Position numbers and translations under genes: made by a program. The notes under the pieces are model-generated. The model ran no database searches. It was not told the origin of the DNA and saw only the letters and a program-made list of their open reading frames with translations. A DNA stretch of 64,000 nt from Antedon mediterranea (taxonomy: Eukaryota; Animalia; Echinodermata): the NCBI RefSeq assembly GCF_964355755.1, contig NC_092672.1:23511237-23575236 (forward strand), given 5' to 3'. How positions within the stretch are numbered: the stretch's first letter is position 1; each line of letters begins with the position of its first letter. Shown one piece after another: positions 59,882 through 64,000 of the stretch.

Positions 59882-62091
59882 AGGCTGGTTTCCTGTCGAC
59901 GTAAGAACATCACTTTTGTTGCGACTACGTCGATTTGTCGTAAGAAATGCGGATTTTACAGGAAACCGATTACGATCGAAAATTTATAAAATCGACGCAA
60001 CGTAAGAAAAATGGTAACGACAAACGATTTTACAGGAAACCGATGACCTAACAATTGTTGCGTTACGACGTTTTCTTCCGATTTTACAGGAAACCGGGAT
60101 TTTTTATCTTACGCTTGAATGAACGCCCTTGCGTCACGTTTCTTACGTCTCTTACGAAAGTTGACTTGAAGTCAACTTTCGCAAGAGACGTAAGCGCAAT
60201 CGTAACAAGCAACCAATGAGCGACAAGAGTTATGACGTAATGTGTATGTCCTTATAGTGAAATAAAGCCGGACAATAACATTTGTATGTATTTACTACTA
60301 TAATTTTAGCCTAATCATGTTCTAATCAGGGAGTTTTAGGGTTGAGGGATGGGAAAGCGGATAGGTGCAAAGAGGAACAATTTTTAAATATATTCTTTAT
60401 GCACTCAGTAACGAAATATTTTGTTCATGTTTTATAGGCCTATAAATAATATACCTCTAAATATATACAGTAACACATTTGCGATTTAATACTTTGTTAA
60501 AACTGTCACTGTCATAATCGATTGAAATATAGTCACGATACACCATTACGACGTTTATATTTTTGGTAATTATTAATTAATACAAACGTTGAGAAGGAAC
60601 TGTCAGTATAGTTTATTTGTATATAATAATGTGTTTATATATCTAACAGTAGAGCCTATCCACAATCTCAGTAATAAGTTTATTTGTATATATTTTTATA
60701 TTACATCTAACAGTACGAACATTCACAGTAAGAAATGTTCGATTCAAATGAGGACCAAAAATAGGTAATTATAATAGGTATTTACAGTATTGTTCAAGTT
60801 TATTCTCAAAGGGCCCATATATTTACCTACCGTATGTGTTAAACCAAGGACTCATAAATTTACCTACTTGTGTTAAACCAAACTCTGGCAGACAGAGAGA
60901 GATTGGGATGTTCCATTCATCGCAAATCAATACATTTGTATAATCGTATATTAAATCAAAATAGTATTTTTTAAAGAAAATCGGCCTGTCTTCAACATTA
61001 TTATGCTGTACTCTAGCTGTTCAACCGGTTTTCAGCTATTAAAAACAATTATCGTAGGAGGAGATAGGAAAATGCGAAGCCTCCTCGCATTTTTGTGGCG
61101 GGTATTTTTCCAGATGGACATCCATTATTAGACAGTGTATACCACGATCGGAAAACACCCCTATTTGGGGCAAATCGTTGAACCTAAATTCATTTTAATC
61201 GTCAATAACTAATTATCTAACTTAATTTAATTAGTAAACAGGGTTACATCAGGTGGTTAAAATCAGTACCGAAAGTACGAACCAACTTTATATACCATCG
61301 AGTAAAAATTCTAGAAGTAAAGCGCGATTTACCGAATTTTGCCCTTACGTAAAGTTATATAGATTATAGGCCTGTAAATAATGGGTATCTTACTGCGGTA
61401 GTACTATCTCATGCTCGATTAGATATGCTTATAGGCCAATAGGCCAATGCCTAGTCTAGGGCCTAGGTAGGTCTAATAATAATAGGAATCTCGAAATGAT
61501 TTGCCTTTTTTTAATTTTGAAAACTATTTAAGGCTAGGCCTAGAGGGCCAGGATAATTAATTCATATTTTGATTCATACAAATAACACATAGGCCTACTA
61601 GCCTAGGCTAGTTTGATTATTTGGTCAAATCAATTCCTATTAGTACGGTACCGTACAGTATTAATTAAGTATTTTACTAATACTAGGGCCTAGCTTATCT
61701 ACTGAAAATAACATGTTGGTGTGCTGCACTGACAGGTAGGCTACAATAACAACATTCAACATTTTGCGCGAAAAATGATAAAACCCGCTCTAAAAAGAAA
61801 CACCAATCAGAGATGTTGTTTCAAATACGTCATAAATCCGACCGACGTAAGAAAAATTTCAACTTTCGTAACAACACTAAAATCGACGTAAGCATACGAC
61901 GTGTGTTTCACAGCCAAAATTTCAACTTTCGGGAGCAGCATAACTACAGATGTTTCTCTGCGGCCCGAAACGATCTTGACTAACGTCAACGACGTCAATT
62001 TTTTCTCAACTTTCGTAAGAGACGTAGGAAACGTATGAAACGCAAGAATCGTTGCAAAATTCGACTTCTTACTTCGACAGGAAACCAGCCT
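59882..62091. mobile_element. Non-autonomous TIR element (Harbinger-like)
   Basis: aggctggtttcctgtcgacgtaagaa ... ttcttacttcgacaggaaaccagcct. Confidence 0.7.
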
Positions 62092-62092
62092 T

Positions 62093-62830
62093 AAAGCGTG
62101 GTTCCCACTAGCGACGCAACACAAGGACGTAACGCAACGCAAGTGAATTGACCAATCACAAGCGATGGCTTATTCGCTTGTGATTGCTAACTGTCTATAA
62201 CTTCGCTTGTTATTGGTTAAAACGCTTGCGTTGCATTTACGTCCTTGCGTTACGTTCTAGTGGGAACCAAGCTTTACAGCGATGGATCATTTTAATAGCT
62301 GCGCCACGGCGAACTAGCCGGCCTACATGCCTAATAATACTAGTAGGCCTACCAGCTAGATGTGACCATTGGGCCTATTTATTTCGTAATTAAAAAAGTC
62401 GTTGCTTCATTCATATATAAACTTTATGAATTATAATTACATGACTAGTTTTAATTTTTATGATTTTTCAAGTACAAAATAAAAGATTTCATATAACGCA
62501 TTGATACTGTACATAACATCATGCAGCAATCATATACAAGTTGATTTGTTGACAGCAGCCGCCGTGCGGAATAATTACAGCTTGCACTAGTGCCACAGAC
62601 CGCGCACCACATTACCCGAGAGTCGGAGTGTTAACTAGGGATGTACTGTGTAGCCAAAGATATCTTTGCTGTGGCCTAGTTAGTCGCCGTGCGGGGGAGA
62701 GAGCGATGGATGCGATAGGCATGTAGGCCGGCTAGTTCGCCGTGGCGCGCGCAGCTATTAAAATGATCCATCGCTGTAAAGCTTGGTTCCCACTAGAACG
62801 TAAAGCTAGGACGTAAACGCAACGCAAGCG
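62093..62830. mobile_element. MITE(s) with tggttcccactag TIRs and an adjacent inverted duplication
   Basis: 62095-62272 has TIRs. 62225-62330 is the reverse complement of ~62718-62830. Confidence 0.6.
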
Positions 62831-63290
62831 AAAAAAAAAAAACCAGAACTGTTCGGGAGAAGTCCGTGTCGCAACGCTACGCTATTCATTTTCGTACATT
62901 TCTTGAAATACGCAAGCTGATTCTTATCAATATCATAATAATTATTTTAACGCGTGGCGGAATTATTAATTCATGTATGGCCTAGGCCAAGTTTCATCCA
63001 TCGCTCTCTCCCCCGCGCGACGACTAACTAGGCCACAATTTATTCAATTCAATATTAAAGTTAAGAACTATAAATACCAACCTTTTGTATATAAAAATAT
63101 TGATCATCCATTAGATTTTTCTCGTTTGATTCACATAGAAAAGATTATAGGCCTACATGTACTTCATTATTTTGTACTCTAGCTAGGCATAGGCCTAAGG
63201 GCCTTAGCTAGGCCTACAATCTGAAATAAAGAAAGCAAGTAAGAAGTTTAACAAATAGCCGTCCTATGCTAGCATAAGTTTGTATACTAT

Positions 63291-63600
63291 TAAAGCCCCA
63301 TTCCCTACGTTTTTTAGATCTAATTTAAGATCACAAACTATATTTAATGTAAAAATAATACTATATGGTCCTATTGCGATAACTTTTTTCGTCTTTAAAC
63401 GGTTAAAAATGTGAAAAATAAGTCGATTTTAATAATTATAGCGGCCCGCTATAAATCCCAAAATGCATTGCGCGCGGATTGATATTTTTGTTTTTCACCT
63501 GTAATTCGCCCACTTTTCGATCGATCGTGAGGCCAAAACAAATGGAAGACTCCTAACTTTTCAGCGAAAATACCGGGTTTTCCCCAATTTGTATCAACGG
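63291..63600 (+). mobile_element. DNA-transposon end fragment (TTAA-flanked, possibly Kolobok-like)
   Basis: Homologous to 29120-29316 in the opposite orientation; begins ttaaagccc. Confidence 0.5.
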
Positions 63601-64000
63601 AGTCTGGCAAAAATAGAAAGACAATTAATGCAGCAACTATACAACGTCAGGCTAGGTATATAGCTAGCGTACGATGTTCGTACGTTACTGATGTTTACCA
63701 GCTAGGCGGTCCGCCTAAAAACCGGAAAAAACCAAAAAACACCGGAAAAAACCAAAAAATACCGGAAAAAAACAAAAAAATACCAAAAGAAACCGGAAAA
63801 TACAAAAAAAAAATGACTATTTACCGGAAAAAACAACAGATAGGCTAGTAACAAATACATTAAATGTGATTTTTGTGTCAAAGTCGATCGTCAAACGCCA
63901 CAAGTAAACATCTTTGTATAGAGGGCGCAGTCAGATTATGGTTAAAATAATAATAAAATATAGGCGGCCATTCTTGCTGTAGTTAATCGAGGTCTAAAAA

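Overview
AT-rich animal genomic DNA. It is probably from a marine invertebrate deuterostome such as an echinoderm, but that assignment is an inference. No prokaryotic features, rRNA or CRISPR were seen. Main contents: (1) An apparently intact 22-exon myosin-XIX (MYO19) gene on the minus strand (56229->34056, ~1091 aa). Four of its exon/intron boundaries have been amplified into tandem arrays of decoy splice sites. (2) A ~49-kb-spaced duplication: 1-~5080 matches 49121-~56890 and covers the head-to-head MYO19/OGFOD2 promoter region, with different lesions in each copy. (3) On the plus strand, OGFOD2 exons 1-5 are followed by 15 phase-compatible exons of a P-loop-less Roc-COR protein with C-terminal DED-like domains, a probable chimeric gene. 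(4) Many mobile elements: a near-full-length CR1/L2-group LINE, a nested Penelope with an inverted end and a G3-C8 variant hammerhead ribozyme, other Penelope-type hammerheads, Rex1/Babar remnants, SINEs and MITEs. There are also many minisatellites. All exon calls were made by hand translation and splice-phase checking; there is no expression evidence.
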